Of a stretch of 64,000 nt of DNA, positions 1 to 12,475 are shown piece by piece. The notes under the pieces are model-generated. The model was not told the DNA's origin, ran no database searches, and saw only the letters and a program-made list of their open reading frames with translations. A program made the translations under genes and the position numbers. This DNA is from Octopus bimaculoides. Its lineage: Eukaryota. Location: positions 15,140,796-15,204,795 of the forward strand of contig NC_068998.1 in assembly GCF_001194135.2 (NCBI RefSeq). Direction: 5' to 3'. Numbering within the stretch: the stretch's first letter is position 1; each line of letters begins with the position of its first letter.

Positions 1-620
1 CTTCCTGTCTCTGGCTAGGTCCTGATCTCTGATTTTTTTAGGCTTTTTGATATTCACTCAATTAGTATATGGCCTTCCAGAGCCTATGAACTTACATTGT
101 TTATTTCTTTTGTTTTCTATAATCATATCAGGTTTTCTTACTTTATTAGTGTAGTTAGTCTTTATGGAGAAGTTTCAAAAGATCCTATATAATTCTAATT
201 CTTTGTCACAGCCCCTGATTCGTCTTCAAACCACTCTTCTGTTACTTTAAATCCATACTATCAATTAACACCCCCAATGCACTCTTTCAACGACACTGTC
301 ATGCCTGCACTTATATTCTTTTTGCACTAGCATACTGCATTCACTCCTTTCACACAGATTCTGCGTTTGCTCTCTCACTGAGTTTTATCAATCTTTACCT
401 TTATCAAATTCGTCTAAATGGCTTGTTCTTCACTGGCTATAATCAACTCATCGGTTTCTCCTTTCAGGTTTTTGTCCGCGAGGTACAACCAACATACTTT
501 ATTTTCAACATCCATGAACTGCCCATGTAATTCCTTCTCTTTCGAACTACATGTTCTATAGTTCTTCCATCTGTTACTGTTTCAGTAACTATGTCAACGT
601 TTCTCGCCACCATCTGAAAA
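1..620 (-). mobile_element. Degenerate R4/Dong-like non-LTR retrotransposon fragment (C-terminal domain, zinc-knuckle/REL region)
   Basis: Manual minus-strand translation gives KELHGQFMDVENKVCWLYLADKNLKGETDELIIASEEQAI*TNLIK, then ...KEYKCRHDSV...VHW and RKPDMIIENK. These match the LHGQF / QEQAL / RHD / PD motifs of the R4-clade ORF. Stops and frameshifts are present. Confidence 0.8.
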
Positions 621-1066
621 TAAAATAAGTTTTACTTATTACCAAGACAGCCAGAATATTGATATTATTACTTTTCGTGTGTATCTTGTTATGCTTTAAA
701 TATTAATCTAATACTCCTCCTTAAACTTGTATTTCATTTATGTGTTGTACTCTAATTCATACACTTCTAATTATTTGCAAGTCTGTGTTTAATGTAATTC
801 TCTTCTCTCTGCTACTTTATTTAGTATAATATTACTTTTTCTCAATTTTCTTCCTTCCAATGTTGTCTTGGTATATGTCTCTCATATCAATTATTTAAAT
901 AAATCTGTACATTGTCAGAAACTGTGTTTCGAGATGTTTATCGACTGCTGCATACAACATAACATTCATTGATATTCATTGTTGTTGTTATTGGTGATGT
1001 CGTTGTCGTCGTCCTCGTTGCTGTTATTGTTGCTACAGTTGCTGTTGTTGTTATTGTTGCTGTTAA

Positions 1067-1282
1067 TGCGGCGGTCTGACAGAATCGCTACAACGCCGGG
1101 TAACGAAATGCTTAATAGTATTTCGCCCGTCGTTACGTTCTGAGTTCATATTCCGCGGAGGTCGACTTTGCCTTTCATCTTTTCGAGGTCGATAAAATAA
1201 GTACCAGTTGAATACTGGGGTCGATGAAATTGACTCATCTCCTCCCCCAAAATTGCTGCCCTTGTCGCAAAATTTGAAACCA
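1067..1282 (+). mobile_element. tRNA-derived SINE, family A (GTCGACTTTGCCTTTCATCC core, (ATT)n tail)
   Basis: B-box-like GAGTTCATATTCC, the central GGTCGACTTTGCCTTTCATC..GGTCGATAAA block shared by more than 20 copies in the window, and a GTT/ATT tail at 1283-1356. Confidence 0.85.
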
Positions 1283-1312
1283 TTATTGTTGTTGTTGTTG
1301 TTGTCATTATTA

Positions 1313-1356
<44 letters not shown>

Positions 1357-3185
1357 TTGTCTATTATGAATGACTCTCGGATAGTTCTTAATTACCGGTT
1401 ATTCTTTACTTGAAAGCAGGCAATAACAAATCACCAAAGGTACCTTCTTTTATGACTCAAAGAGACAATACATTCCTTAGAATGCGATCTGTACCCAGCA
1501 ATGCTGTGTTCTGGATCCCCTCGAGCCTTACAGCAGCTCCAATATTCTTAACGTTTTTCAAAGCCCTTGGTAACTGCTCCTAATACTCCAATTACCACCA
1601 GTATCACCATTACTTTCCTCATGCCCCATAACTTTCCTATCTCGTCCCGCAGTGGCTGGTATTTCTCAATCTTTTCTGTTTCCTTACATTTCACCCTCGA
1701 ATCACCTTGTATTGCAACATCTATTAACTTTACTTCTTTTTCATCTTTATGGATGAGCACGATATATGGTCGTCTTGCCTCTATGATTTGGTCACACTGC
1801 ATGTTAAAATCCCAATCAATCTCATCTTCAGAATTGACTGTGCATTTTCTTGTTCTGCCAAATTTTCTTCATCTACTTTCTCTGATCTTTCTTAAATTGT
1901 GTTGGATCTACGGCTTCGTTCACTTTTAAGGTTCCCTGCATTTTCATTACTTGAATCATTTCTTCTTTACCCCCCCCCCTTGGCATATCAAGCCAGGCTA
2001 TCCTCCTCTTCCCTTACACAACCTTCACAACACACCAATCCCCACGCTTCTTCTTTCCTCTTCACATACAATATTGACACATCACTCTTGGAGTGTAGTT
2101 CCTTGTTCCTTGTCATTAATTTACCTGTTATCCGGTCTATCTCTTGTAATTCATGCTTCTTCCAAGATACTATTCCTGTCCCATAACTCATCAAAACAAC
2201 AGCCCACGTGTTAAATTGCTCCAATCTTATAGCGGCCATTTCGCTTCGACTGGAGCTCAAATCAAGTTCTCCTCAAATAGTCTTTCCTGTATATTTCTTT
2301 CATCTTGTGTTCATTCATCTTATCTCTTTCATTGATACCCAGGTACTTATATCCTTCCTCTCTGACTTCCTTTATAATTTCACCACTTTCCAGCTTGATT
2401 CCATGGCTTTTACTGATTTTCTCCCTTTTGAGAATCATTACACCACATTTCTCGATCCCAAATTCCATGCTGATATCATTGCTAATCATCTGCACAGTTG
2501 CCGTCAAACTCTCAATTTCTTTCTCAGTTTCAGCGAAGAGCTTTAGGTCATCCATAAATCGCAGGTTGTTAACTTTCACACTGCCTAGTATGTACCCCAC
2601 ATGTAACTTTCTAAAAGCGCTGGTTAGTGGCAGTATGCAGACAACAAACCGGAGAGGCGACAGACTGTCCCCTTAAAAGATTCCTCTTTTGATATTTACC
2701 TCTCCTAGCTTACCTCTCCATGCTGTGAGTTCAGTTTGCCACGTTTTCATTGAGTTTTGTATTAACTTCAGGATATTGTGGGAGACCTTAAGCAGTTTAA
2801 GGCATTCAATAATCCACGAGTATGGGACCACGTCATAAACTTTCCTGTAGTCCACCCACGCCATCACCAAATTTTTGTGTCTCTTCTTGCAATCATCCAG
2901 GATAGTCTTATTGATTAGTAATTGATCCTTCGTTCCTCTGCTCTTACGTCTACACCCTTTTTGTTCCACTGGTAGAAGGTCGTTCTCATCTAGGTACTTA
3001 TAGATGCTGTTTGATATTATGCCCGGCATTAGTTTCCACATCAGTGGCAAACAAGATATTGGTCGTAAGTTTCCAACCACATTCCCTTTACTTGGGTCCT
3101 TCTGACATAGTACCTTTCTTCCTTTTGTCATCCAGGCCGGAACTTGGATGTCACTACTCAGTACTTCGTCCATCTGTCTCGCAGT
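1357..3185 (-). mobile_element. 5'-truncated, frameshifted R4/Dong-like non-LTR retrotransposon (RT + REL endonuclease) ending in (TAA)n
   Basis: ORFs 2673-3173 ([35 protein letters not shown]), 2262-2600 (LRFMDDLKLFA), 1988-2260 and 1548-1802 (RRPYIVL..IDVAI..EKIEKYQPL) follow RT-to-REL order. The 3' UTR runs into (AAT)n on the minus strand. Confidence 0.92.
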
Positions 3186-3194
3186 GCCGCGCTT

Positions 3195-3290
3195 AATTTT
3201 CCCTTCATCCTTCTAGGGTCCATGAAATAAATATCTGTAAACTACTGGGGGCAAATTGATCATCTGTCCTCTTCAAACTTTGTTGTATGT
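3195..3290 (+). mobile_element. Degraded SINE family A fragment
   Basis: TTTCCCTTCATCCTTCTAGGGTCCATGAAATAAAT is a diverged copy of the family A core. Confidence 0.5.
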
Positions 3291-3751
3291 GAACGGAAAT
3301 TAAACAATTTTATCTTTGNNNNNNNNNNNNNNNNNNNNNNNNNNNNNNNNNNNNNNNNNNNNNNNNNNNNNNNNNNNNNNNNNNNNNNNNNNNNNNNNNN
3401 NNNNNNNNNNNNNNNNNNNNNNNNNNNNNNNNNNNNNNNNNNNNNNNNNNNNNNNNNNNNNNNNNNNNNNNNNNNNNNNNNNNNNNNNNNNNNNNNNNNN
3501 NNNNNNNNNNNNNNNNNNNNNNNNNNNNNNNNNNNNNNNNNNNNNNNNNNNNNNNNNNNNNNNNNNNNNNNNNNNNNNNNNNNNNNNNNNNNNNNNNNNN
3601 NNNNNNNNNNNNNNNNNNNNNNNNNNNNNNNNNNNNNNNNNNNNNNNNNNNNNNNNNNNNNNNNNNNNNNNNNNNNNNNNNNNNNNNNNNNNNNNNNNNN
3701 NNNNNNNNNNNNNNNNNNNNNNNNNNNNNNNNNNNNNNNNNNNNNNNNNNN

Positions 3752-3772
3752 TATGTATGTATGTATGTATGT

Positions 3773-3862
<90 letters not shown>
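3752..3862. repeat. (TATG)n + (TAGA)n microsatellite
   Basis: Direct reading; borders the gap at 3319-3751. Confidence 0.97.
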
Positions 3863-4342
3863 TCACACATATTTACACACATTTCTACTATGACCTTTCA
3901 TAACTTTGAAGCAAAACCAAGTGTTTGTCAACTATGGAAGCACGTCCTGGGGTTTCCTGTTGATTCGCAAGTTCAGCTAGTTCTTCAAACCAAATCATAC
4001 TTTGTATTTGTTTTTGCTGTTTTCGTTTTCTTTTATATATATATATGAAACTTACGCACAAATTTGTGGTTGCAAATTATTGGTAAATCTTAAATCAATT
4101 TTCAAATAGCTTCTCTGCTTATTTCCTGTTATATATGTTTATGTTGAGGGGAGAGGATGGTGGTGTGTGTGGTGTATGTGCGGTGTGTGGTTGCGTGTGG
4201 CTCTATGTGTGTGTGCATATTTGTGAGGGTATGTGATTGGGTTGTGCTATGTGGTGTACTCATGAAATACACTTTTACACACGCAGAATATGCATACATA
4301 GCTGCGCACGCACATATACACACAAATGTGTGTGTATGTATG

Positions 4343-4389
<47 letters not shown>

Positions 4390-4885
4390 NNNNNNNNNNN
4401 NNNNNNNNNNNNNNNNNNNNNNNNNNNNNNNNNNNNNNNNNNNNNNNNNNNNNNNNNNNNNNNNNNNNNNNNNNNNNNNNNNNNNNNNNNNNNNNNNNNN
4501 NNNNNNNNNNNNNNNNNNNNNNNNNNNNNNNNNNNNNNNNNNNNNNNNNNNNNNNNNNNNNNNNNNNNNNNNNNNNNNNNNNNNNNNNNNNNNNNNNNNN
4601 NNNNNNNNNNNNNNNNNNNNNNNNNNNNNNNNNNNNNNNNNNNNNNNNNNNNNNNNNNNNNNNNNNNNNNNNNNNNNNNNNNNNNNNNNNNNNNNNNNNN
4701 NNNNNNNNNNNNNNNNNNNNNNNNNNNNNNNNNNNNNNNNNNNNNNNNNNNNNNNNNNNNNNNNNNNNNNNNNNNNNNNNNNNNNNNNNNNNNNNNNNNN
4801 NNNNNNNNNNNNNNNNNNNNNNNNNNNNNNNNNNNNNNNNNNNNNNNNNNNNNNNNNNNNNNNNNNNNNNNNNNNNNNNNNNNNN

Positions 4886-4968
4886 CAATTCAGAACGCGA
4901 AAACGGACGAAACGCCGTTAAGCATTTTGCCCCCGCGTGCTTAACGCTACTCTCAGCTCGCCTCCTTA
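4886..4968 (-). mobile_element. SINE family A, 5' head fragment
   Basis: Reverse complement resembles GGCG..GAGCTG..AGCGTTAAGCACGC..AAATGCTTAACGGCGTTTCGTCCG..GTTCTGAATT. Confidence 0.75.
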
Positions 4969-5113
4969 GGATATCTAGTATAATGACAAATGAAAAGTGA
5001 ATAAGAACAGAAAGAGACCTAAGAATATTATTTGATATCAACTTTTGCATAACTAAGAAATCTCTACCTCTATTGATAAGATTTGGTTGGGAATCGCTCG
5101 TAAATATCAAGTG

Positions 5114-5571
5114 GTTTATCGCCACTCAAACGTTGGTGTCCTTTAAGAACAAACAATACTGCTGTTTTAACCCCCAGAAGGATGTTTTCTCCAGCTGATT
5201 ACTCGGTGCGCTTCGCACTCGATATATATTTCAAGCGAGGAAAAAACACTATCGTAACTTGGAGTCCATTACATCACTTGATTTCGATCTTATTAGATCA
5301 TCTTCAGTGATGGATACTCGTCTATTAGGCATAGCAGTAGTCTAACCCAGCTCGCAATATACAGAAAAACCAGTGTCACACACTCACTGGTTTTGCAACT
5401 AACAAACTGGTTCGTTAAGAAAATATCTATTAGAGATGAAAGAAGTATTTATACTTAGAAGTAATGTTTATCGCCGCTTAAACGTGAGTCTCCTTTAAGA
5501 ACATACGATACTGTTATTTGAACTCCAGGAGGACGCTTCCACCTGCTGGCTGTTCAGTGCACTTCGCACTC
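5114..5571 (-). repeat. Diverged direct repeat (5114-5220 / 5466-5571, period 352 bp) enclosing a hammerhead-like motif
   Basis: GTTTATCGCC..CCTTTAAGAACA..ATACTG..CTTCGCACTC occurs twice, roughly 75-80% identical by eye. Confidence 0.75.
5261..5320 (-). ncRNA. Decayed type I hammerhead ribozyme-like motif
   Basis: Minus strand reads TCCATCA-CTGAAGA-T-GATC(TAATAA)GATC-GAAA-TCA(AG)TGA-TG-TAATGGA. Stem II is 4 bp and stem I is 6/7 paired. The cleavage triplet is AUG, and G at position 17 is non-permissive. Confidence 0.55.
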
Positions 5572-8117
5572 CACACCTAACTTCGTACTGAACGGAGTTT
5601 CTCTTAATGTGGCTAAATTATGACAACACTTAGGATAATTATGTAAATCAAAATTGTAACAATAGTATCCCTGACAATTATTCCGTTAACTCTGGTAATT
5701 GAATATAAGAATCCACATTTCTTTTAAAGCAGATTTTGGACTACTTGTATATCAATTTTAATATACTTGTTACTTCCAGAATACTCATTAGAAATCTAGC
5801 TTGAAGATATACCACATTTCTGCCTAAGTATTTTTAACAGCTGAAGTACCACTACATCCATTAGAATTTGGAATGCAATATCATAGCTAAAATAAAACCA
5901 TATTTGGTAAATGAAAAAATGGTGCAGTCTTACTACCAGGGTACTGTAGAAATGTCATTTACCAAAGAACAATTTAAAAAATCGAAATTCCTGTAAATAC
6001 ATGATGAAAAATTTTCTTAATTTATAAACTGGTATTGCACCCGATTATTACTTAAATAATAATCAAAACCTTTTCCCTCTTTTTAACATAATCTATAATC
6101 AACGAGTCATTCTGAGCATACACACTCACACATACATACACATACTTACACACATACAAACACATACACACACACGTACTGATACACACATTCTCACATA
6201 CACAGAGAAAATATAAGAAGTGTTGAAAGTGCGCCACAATTTTATACGTATATATGTATTTATTTAATTAAATAAATAAATCAAGTTTTATTTTTTGCCT
6301 GAGGAGGAAAATACTTTTATTATGCATCTATATATGAAAGTAAAAGTGCCAAAAATGTTTTCACATAAACGTTTTCGTATAACAGTTTTGCTGTAAAAAA
6401 AAATATTAGTGTACATTTTCATAAGGTGAGATTTACACACAAAAGAAGGCAGAAAAAAAACCCACATTACTGAAAAGTTTATTTATCCCAAAAAGAAATT
6501 TTTCGAATAGAAATGTTTTCGCTGGAAGAAAGTTTTGCTGAATACATTTTAGTGCATATTGTAGCTGAAAGAGGTTGTGCAGTAGAAGAAAAATCACATT
6601 TTACTGGCCTGTTTTTGCTGCCGTTCACCTTATCGAAGTTTAAAGTATGTTTATTTATTCAATACGTTTTTAGATTACGTAGTGGTAAATCCATGCGGCA
6701 ATAATTTCAATTTTACATAGTCATGTCGTTTATATTATCTCTATGACAAGGAACGCAACACACACAGACACATATGTGTGTCCTCTCTCCTTCCTCCTTC
6801 AACTGTCCATTCGACGGCTGTCATTGCTGGTCTCTCCAACAGTAAGCGTAAAACACGGCCAAGCAACCATCGAGATCAACTTTGTTTTTCTTCTCGATTC
6901 TAGTGCAGGTGAGCTACTGTATTCATATAAAGTGCCTCTCCTGCACAGGAATCGAATCCTCTCATTCTTTCACTCTTTCTGTCTGTTTCTGGAATAAATT
7001 GGCTTTGATCTGTCCTGGAGAGGCACGAGCTTCGCCAGATCTATAAGCAATACCCAAGATACGCTATATGTCATGACGGCACACATACAGCTCCAACAAG
7101 GAGTTGAGGGCTCAGATCAAGTCGAGAATAAAATATAAATAAATGCAAGATAAACAGTAATTATTGTACAGCTTATGAGGCCTATACATCAAATGGACTC
7201 TTCCAGCATCTCATGCTTGCATGTTGAAGGAATTCTAAATTTGGTTTTGGTTATATCTATTTACTTGATCTTTTGACAGAAATGTAGCATGTACGTAGAG
7301 CGATCGGATATTGCGTATCTTAGATTAAATTTACCTCCATTCTCTTAAAAAAAGAGAGCAAAATTTTGGCTTAAAATACGTTTGGTTGCTACTTCTAGCA
7401 CGTTGAACGACCTCATAAATGAGAATTTCCTTCTTTGTGTCAGCAGGATGCGACTGTTTGTTTATGAGTCATTAGAGACGTTCAATAGAAAGAGCATTAA
7501 AACAAATCTGAAAAGGAAGTAATTAAGTGCGGTTTATTTCACGTGTACAAAATCACTCATTTGTATTATAACGAGGTAATCAAAGGAATATTCCGCTATA
7601 CACATACGCACGCACACACACACACACATACACACACACACATCTCATACGCACGTACACACACACACACACACACATACACACAATGCATGCTCGATAG
7701 TTAATTTATCAATCTCGAAATTCTGTAAGATGAACTGAGGGATAAAAGCGAAACTAAAAACTGATTTCAACGTTTGTAATTTGGCAGTTTTAAAGTAAAA
7801 TTCAAATTAATATTCTTTTATTCAATTATTTATTTCTGACATTTGACTGCAACCATACAGTGGTTTAGTAGATCATATTAACACTAGTACTAATCTTAAA
7901 GTCTGGAACTTATTTTAGCAATGCAGTGTTGTCTACCCAAGGCATTTTAAACCCAATATTTACACGCTATTATTTATAGTGTTATCTGCTTCGAGTTTCA
8001 CTGTTCCAAAACAGAGTATTTTAATTTCTTATGAGGTTTTAAGTTCTTATGACGTCAACAATATATATATGTACACACACACACACACACACGCACATCA
8101 ATCTATCCTTCTCTCTG

Positions 8118-8183
<66 letters not shown>

Positions 8184-8759
8184 NNNNNNNNNNNNNNNNN
8201 NNNNNNNNNNNNNNNNNNNNNNNNNNNNNNNNNNNNNNNNNNNNNNNNNNNNNNNNNNNNNNNNNNNNNNNNNNNNNNNNNNNNNNNNNNNNNNNNNNNN
8301 NNNNNNNNNNNNNNNNNNNNNNNNNNNNNNNNNNNNNNNNNNNNNNNNNNNNNNNNNNNNNNNNNNNNNNNNNNNNNNNNNNNNNNNNNNNNNNNNNNNN
8401 NNNNNNNNNNNNNNNNNNNNNNTTTGCAGGAACAGCTTGATGTATTAGTAAACAATCTTCGAACTACCCCGTAAAAACTAAAAAATATTTCAGCTGGTTA
8501 TATAATTACTTCTTTTTCTTTGACCAAAAATTATTTTATCTGGTATATTTTCATACGGAACTTGGAATTCAGTCATTGAAATTCAACTGATGTCACGTTC
8601 TCAGTTTTAGCCTTTAAATCTAAGGTTCAGGACCAGTAGCGAGAGCTGGTCACTATTGACTATTTTGTATCTGATAAAATATTAGGGGGTCAACTAGAAT
8701 AATATATTTGCATCTAGAGCCGTTACTTAGCAATAAACTTATACTCGTCGATGTTGTTG

Positions 8760-8950
8760 CTTAACCAAGAATCGGTCTTGAGTGAGCAGATCTATGACCA
8801 TAGACATTTCATATGTAATCATCCTGTGTTTTCTTTTAGTCATAGTCTAACTAGGGCTACACTATCCAACGTGTCCTTCTTTTAAGAAGAAATATTGTGA
8901 TATGAAAGTCAAACTGCTATATCTAGTAAGGAGAACTAGCAGCAAGAAGC
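8760..8950 (+). mobile_element. Dispersed repeat family D (ATTATCCAACGTGTC..TTTGGCTGCTATTTCTAGCAGG type), probable SINE/LINE tail
   Basis: Related motifs recur at about 7370-7440, 16370-16480, 16555-16700, 23640-23830, 24350-24440 (-), 25750-25870 (-) and 30290-30390. Confidence 0.6.
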
Positions 8951-9557
8951 TCGTCTTTTTTCCTTATTGGCCATCTTTTACCTTTGCCTTATTCTTACGT
9001 TTGTCAACCTTCTTCAAAAATGAAAACAATTTCTAAGTTTTTTTTTTTTTGCATTATTTTATTTTCGACTTCAAATTTAACTATCATTAGTTACTGTCAT
9101 ATAATTATGTAAGTCTACTGTGGATATTTTATTTCAGTTTTCTAATATCAAATTCTTCTTCGAACATTTCCTGTTCGCTGTAAATAAGAGTTTGTCAATG
9201 TCCGCTCATATGTACAGAATTTTAAATACAGTTATTAAATTTCTTGCTTTCTCTCTAGTCTCACTAATTTTCTGTCCAAAACCACAAAACTACAACACCA
9301 CAGGAAAGGAATTAATGTCAATTACTTAGTTTTTAACTCTTTCACTGTCCTGAATTCTTTACTTTATTGCGTCAGCAAAATTTGTCTTGATGTTCTTTTG
9401 GTATTGGTTTTAGCAATTCTTTTATTGCTTTGTTCTATTGACAAAAGCCTTTGTTTCATTTCCATGTACCAAAGTAACATTCACTAAACCTTTTATCCTT
9501 GGGAAACCTTTGAAATACCTTCCATATCTCGGAAAGCACTTACATAAGAATTAATTA

Positions 9558-9598
<41 letters not shown>

Positions 9599-9658
9599 NN
9601 NNNNNNNNNNNNNNNNNNNNNNNNNNNNNNNNNNNNNNNNNNNNNNNNNNNNNNNNNN

Positions 9659-9890
9659 GATTCCCAGACGGGGCGTTGCGTTGTGTTCTTGAGCAAAGCA
9701 CGTTGCTCCGCGATCATTTCGTCATCTGACATGTGGCACATGGTGCACCTGTACAGGTAATATCGATTTGATGTAGGGAGTGAGCTTATACGTACGCAAG
9801 CATTTGATCAATATAAACAAATCATCCGTGAGGGTGTTCGGCAATTTCTTGTCGAACCCTCATACGTCGTCTAATGACGGGAGAATCCAT
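9659..9890 (+). mobile_element. tRNA-derived SINE family C (GTTGTGTTCTTGAGCAA core); 5' end lies in the gap
   Basis: GATTCCCAGAC..CGTTGTGTTCTTGAGCAAAGCACGTTGCTCC is homologous to 59555-59894 (-), 10003-10130 and 28978-29110. Confidence 0.7.
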
Positions 9891-9893
9891 GTG

Positions 9894-9964
<71 letters not shown>

Positions 9965-9966
9965 CA

Positions 9967-9999
<33 letters not shown>

Positions 10000-10002
10000 G
10001 TG

Positions 10003-10130
10003 AGGGTACATGACCTAGTGGTTAAGGGGCTACATTCACGACCACAAGATCGTTGCTTTCAATTACTCAACTGGGTGGCTCCTTGTGTACTTGAGCAAAA
10101 CGCTTCATTTCACGTTGATAGAACTACTTG
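10003..10130 (+). mobile_element. SINE family C head
   Basis: A-box-like TAGTGG followed by TTGTGTACTTGAGCAAAACGCTTCATTTCACGTTG. Confidence 0.65.
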
Positions 10131-10199
10131 GTTGAGGGTGCCGAAACAAAGAGCATTAAACTGATGGTACAGAACAAAAGGTCTAGTTGTTACACATGT

Positions 10200-10515
10200 G
10201 GGAGTGAAAACCCCTTGAAGACATTGTGCCCTAAAGAACTGGAAGTTCTATATTGTACGTTTTACACAGATGTCTGTGCATAACTCACACAATTTTGTCG
10301 TGTCTCCAGTATTTGTGTTGTTTCTACACCGGTTTTTTTTATTCTTATACTTAGAGGGCTATTGTCTCATCTCCTTACCGATAATCGGCATAGGGGCGAT
10401 ACATCTTCCTTACCTGTATGCCTTTCTGATTGCTCATGTTCTTATAGCCTGTTCTTGGGCTGTCATTGCAGTGCCTCCTGTGGCTTTCTTTAAATTCCCC
10501 TTCCTTTACTAGCCC
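10200..10515 (-). mobile_element. R4/Dong-like fragment (QEQAL + zinc-knuckle region)
   Basis: Manual translation gives AMTAQEQAIRT*AIRK.., EDVSPLCRL and RHDKIV*VMHRHLCKTYNIE across frames. Confidence 0.75.
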
Positions 10516-10582
10516 CAAATATTAAATATGCTCGATATAGTTTAAACAACCACCAGTCAGAATGTTAATAACATTATGTGTG

Positions 10583-10622
<40 letters not shown>

Positions 10623-12064
10623 TGTNNNNNNNNNNNNNNNNNNNNNNNNNNNNNNNNNNNNNNNNNNNNNNNNNNNNNNNNNNNNNNNNNNNNNNNNNNN
10701 NNNNNNNNNNNNNNNNNNNNNNNNNNNNNNNNNNNNNNNNNNNNNNNNNNNNNNNNNNNNNNNNNNNNNNNNNNNNNNNNNNNNNNNNNNNNNNNNNNNN
10801 NNNNNNNNNNNNNNNNNNNNNNNNNNNNNNNNNNNNNNNNNNNNNNNNNNNNNNNNNNNNNNNNNNNNNNNNNNNNNNNNNNNNNNNNNNNNNNNNNNNN
10901 NNNNNNNNNNNNNNNNNNNNNNNNNNNNNNNNNNNNNNNNNNNNNNNNNNNNNNNNNNNNNNNNNNNNNNNNNNNNNNNNNNNNNNNNNNNNNNNNNNNN
11001 NNNNNNNNNNNNNNNNNNNNNNNNNNNNNNNNNNNNNNNNNNNNNNNNNNNNNNNNNNNNNNNNNNNNNNNNNNNNNNNNNNNNNNNNNNNNNNNNNNNN
11101 NNNNNNNNNNNNNNNNNNNNNNNNNNNNNNNNNNNNNNNNNNNNNNNNNNNNNNNNNNNNNNNNNNNNNNNNNNNNNNNNNNNNNNNNNNNNNNNNNNNN
11201 NNNNNNNNNNNNNNNNNNNNNNNNNNNNNNNNNNNNNNNNNNNNNNNNNNNNNNNNNNNNNNNNNNNNNNNNNNNNNNNNNNNNNNNNNNNNNNNNNNNN
11301 NNNNNNNNNNNNNNNNNNNNNNNNNNNNNNNNNNNNNNNNNNNNNNNNNNNNNNNNNNNNNNNNNNNNNNNNNNNNNNNNNNNNNNNNNNNNNNNNNNNN
11401 NNNNNNNNNNNNNNNNNNNNNNNNNNNNNNNNNNNNNNNNNNNNNNNNNNNNNNNNNNNNNNNNNNNNNNNNNNNNNNNNNNNNNNNNNNNNNNNNNNNN
11501 NNNNNNAAACAAGTTTTTAATCTTCCTCGGAAAATGTTCATCTTTGACAATATAATAACTGTCAAGAAACTTCAGTCGTTTTTCCCATTTTCAGTAAAAG
11601 AATGAATTCCATTTTTCTTTTTTTTTTATGTATATTGAAATAAAAGACCACAAACTGAAAAAATACAAAATTAAATTACAGACACTGTCCGATAATTTCA
11701 TAGCTAGGTTTGATGATTTGCAGGTGCCGGAGTCTTGATAATGGTATTTCTCTAATTCACGAATTTCTGTTTACACAACTAGTGAAAATGACACTAATGA
11801 AATTACAGGTAAACCAGGATAGTTATTACAGCTTTGCTTTATGCTTTGGCCAGATCTTTACTGAGACAAAATAAATATCATTAGACATATATAAGGTTTT
11901 TACTCTCCTTGAATTTTATTTCTCACACTTTAATTTTGCGTTACTGAATTGTAACCACGCAATTTTTTCTTAGATGTTCCTGCGATTCCTTACCGTATTA
12001 AATATCCTCGATATAGTTTAAACAACCACCAGTCAGAATTTTAATAACATTATGTATGTGTGTG

Positions 12065-12475
12065 TTTGTGGTAAGAAGCTTGTTTCCCAACCACATAGAT
12101 CCGGGCTCAGTCCCACTGCGTGGCATTTTGGGCAAGTGTCTTCTACCGTAGGCTCGAGCCGACCAAAGCCTTATGAGTAGAATTGGTAGACGAAAACTGA
12201 AAGAAGCCCGTCGGATATATATGTATGTGTGTATGTATGTATGTATGTATCTGTGTCTTTGCATTTGTGTTTGTCCCTCCCTTCCCACCATCACTTGACA
12301 ACCGATGTTGATGTGTTTACGTCCTCGTAACTTAGCGGTTCGGCAAAAAAGATTGATAGAATAAGTACTAGACTTACAAAGGATAAATCCTGGGGTTGAT
12401 TTGTTCGATTAAAACCTTTAAGGCAGTGCTCCAGCATGGCTGCAGTCAAATGACTGAAAAAGTAAAAGAATAAAA
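12065..12475 (+). mobile_element. tRNA-derived SINE family B with an internal (TATG)n microsatellite
   Basis: GTGGTAAGAAGCTTG..CAGTCCCACTGCGTGGCA..GGGCAAGTGTCTTCTAC..GACGAAAACTGAAAGAAGCCCGTC, with tail CCAGCATGGCTGCAGTCAAATGACTGAAA. Confidence 0.88.
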
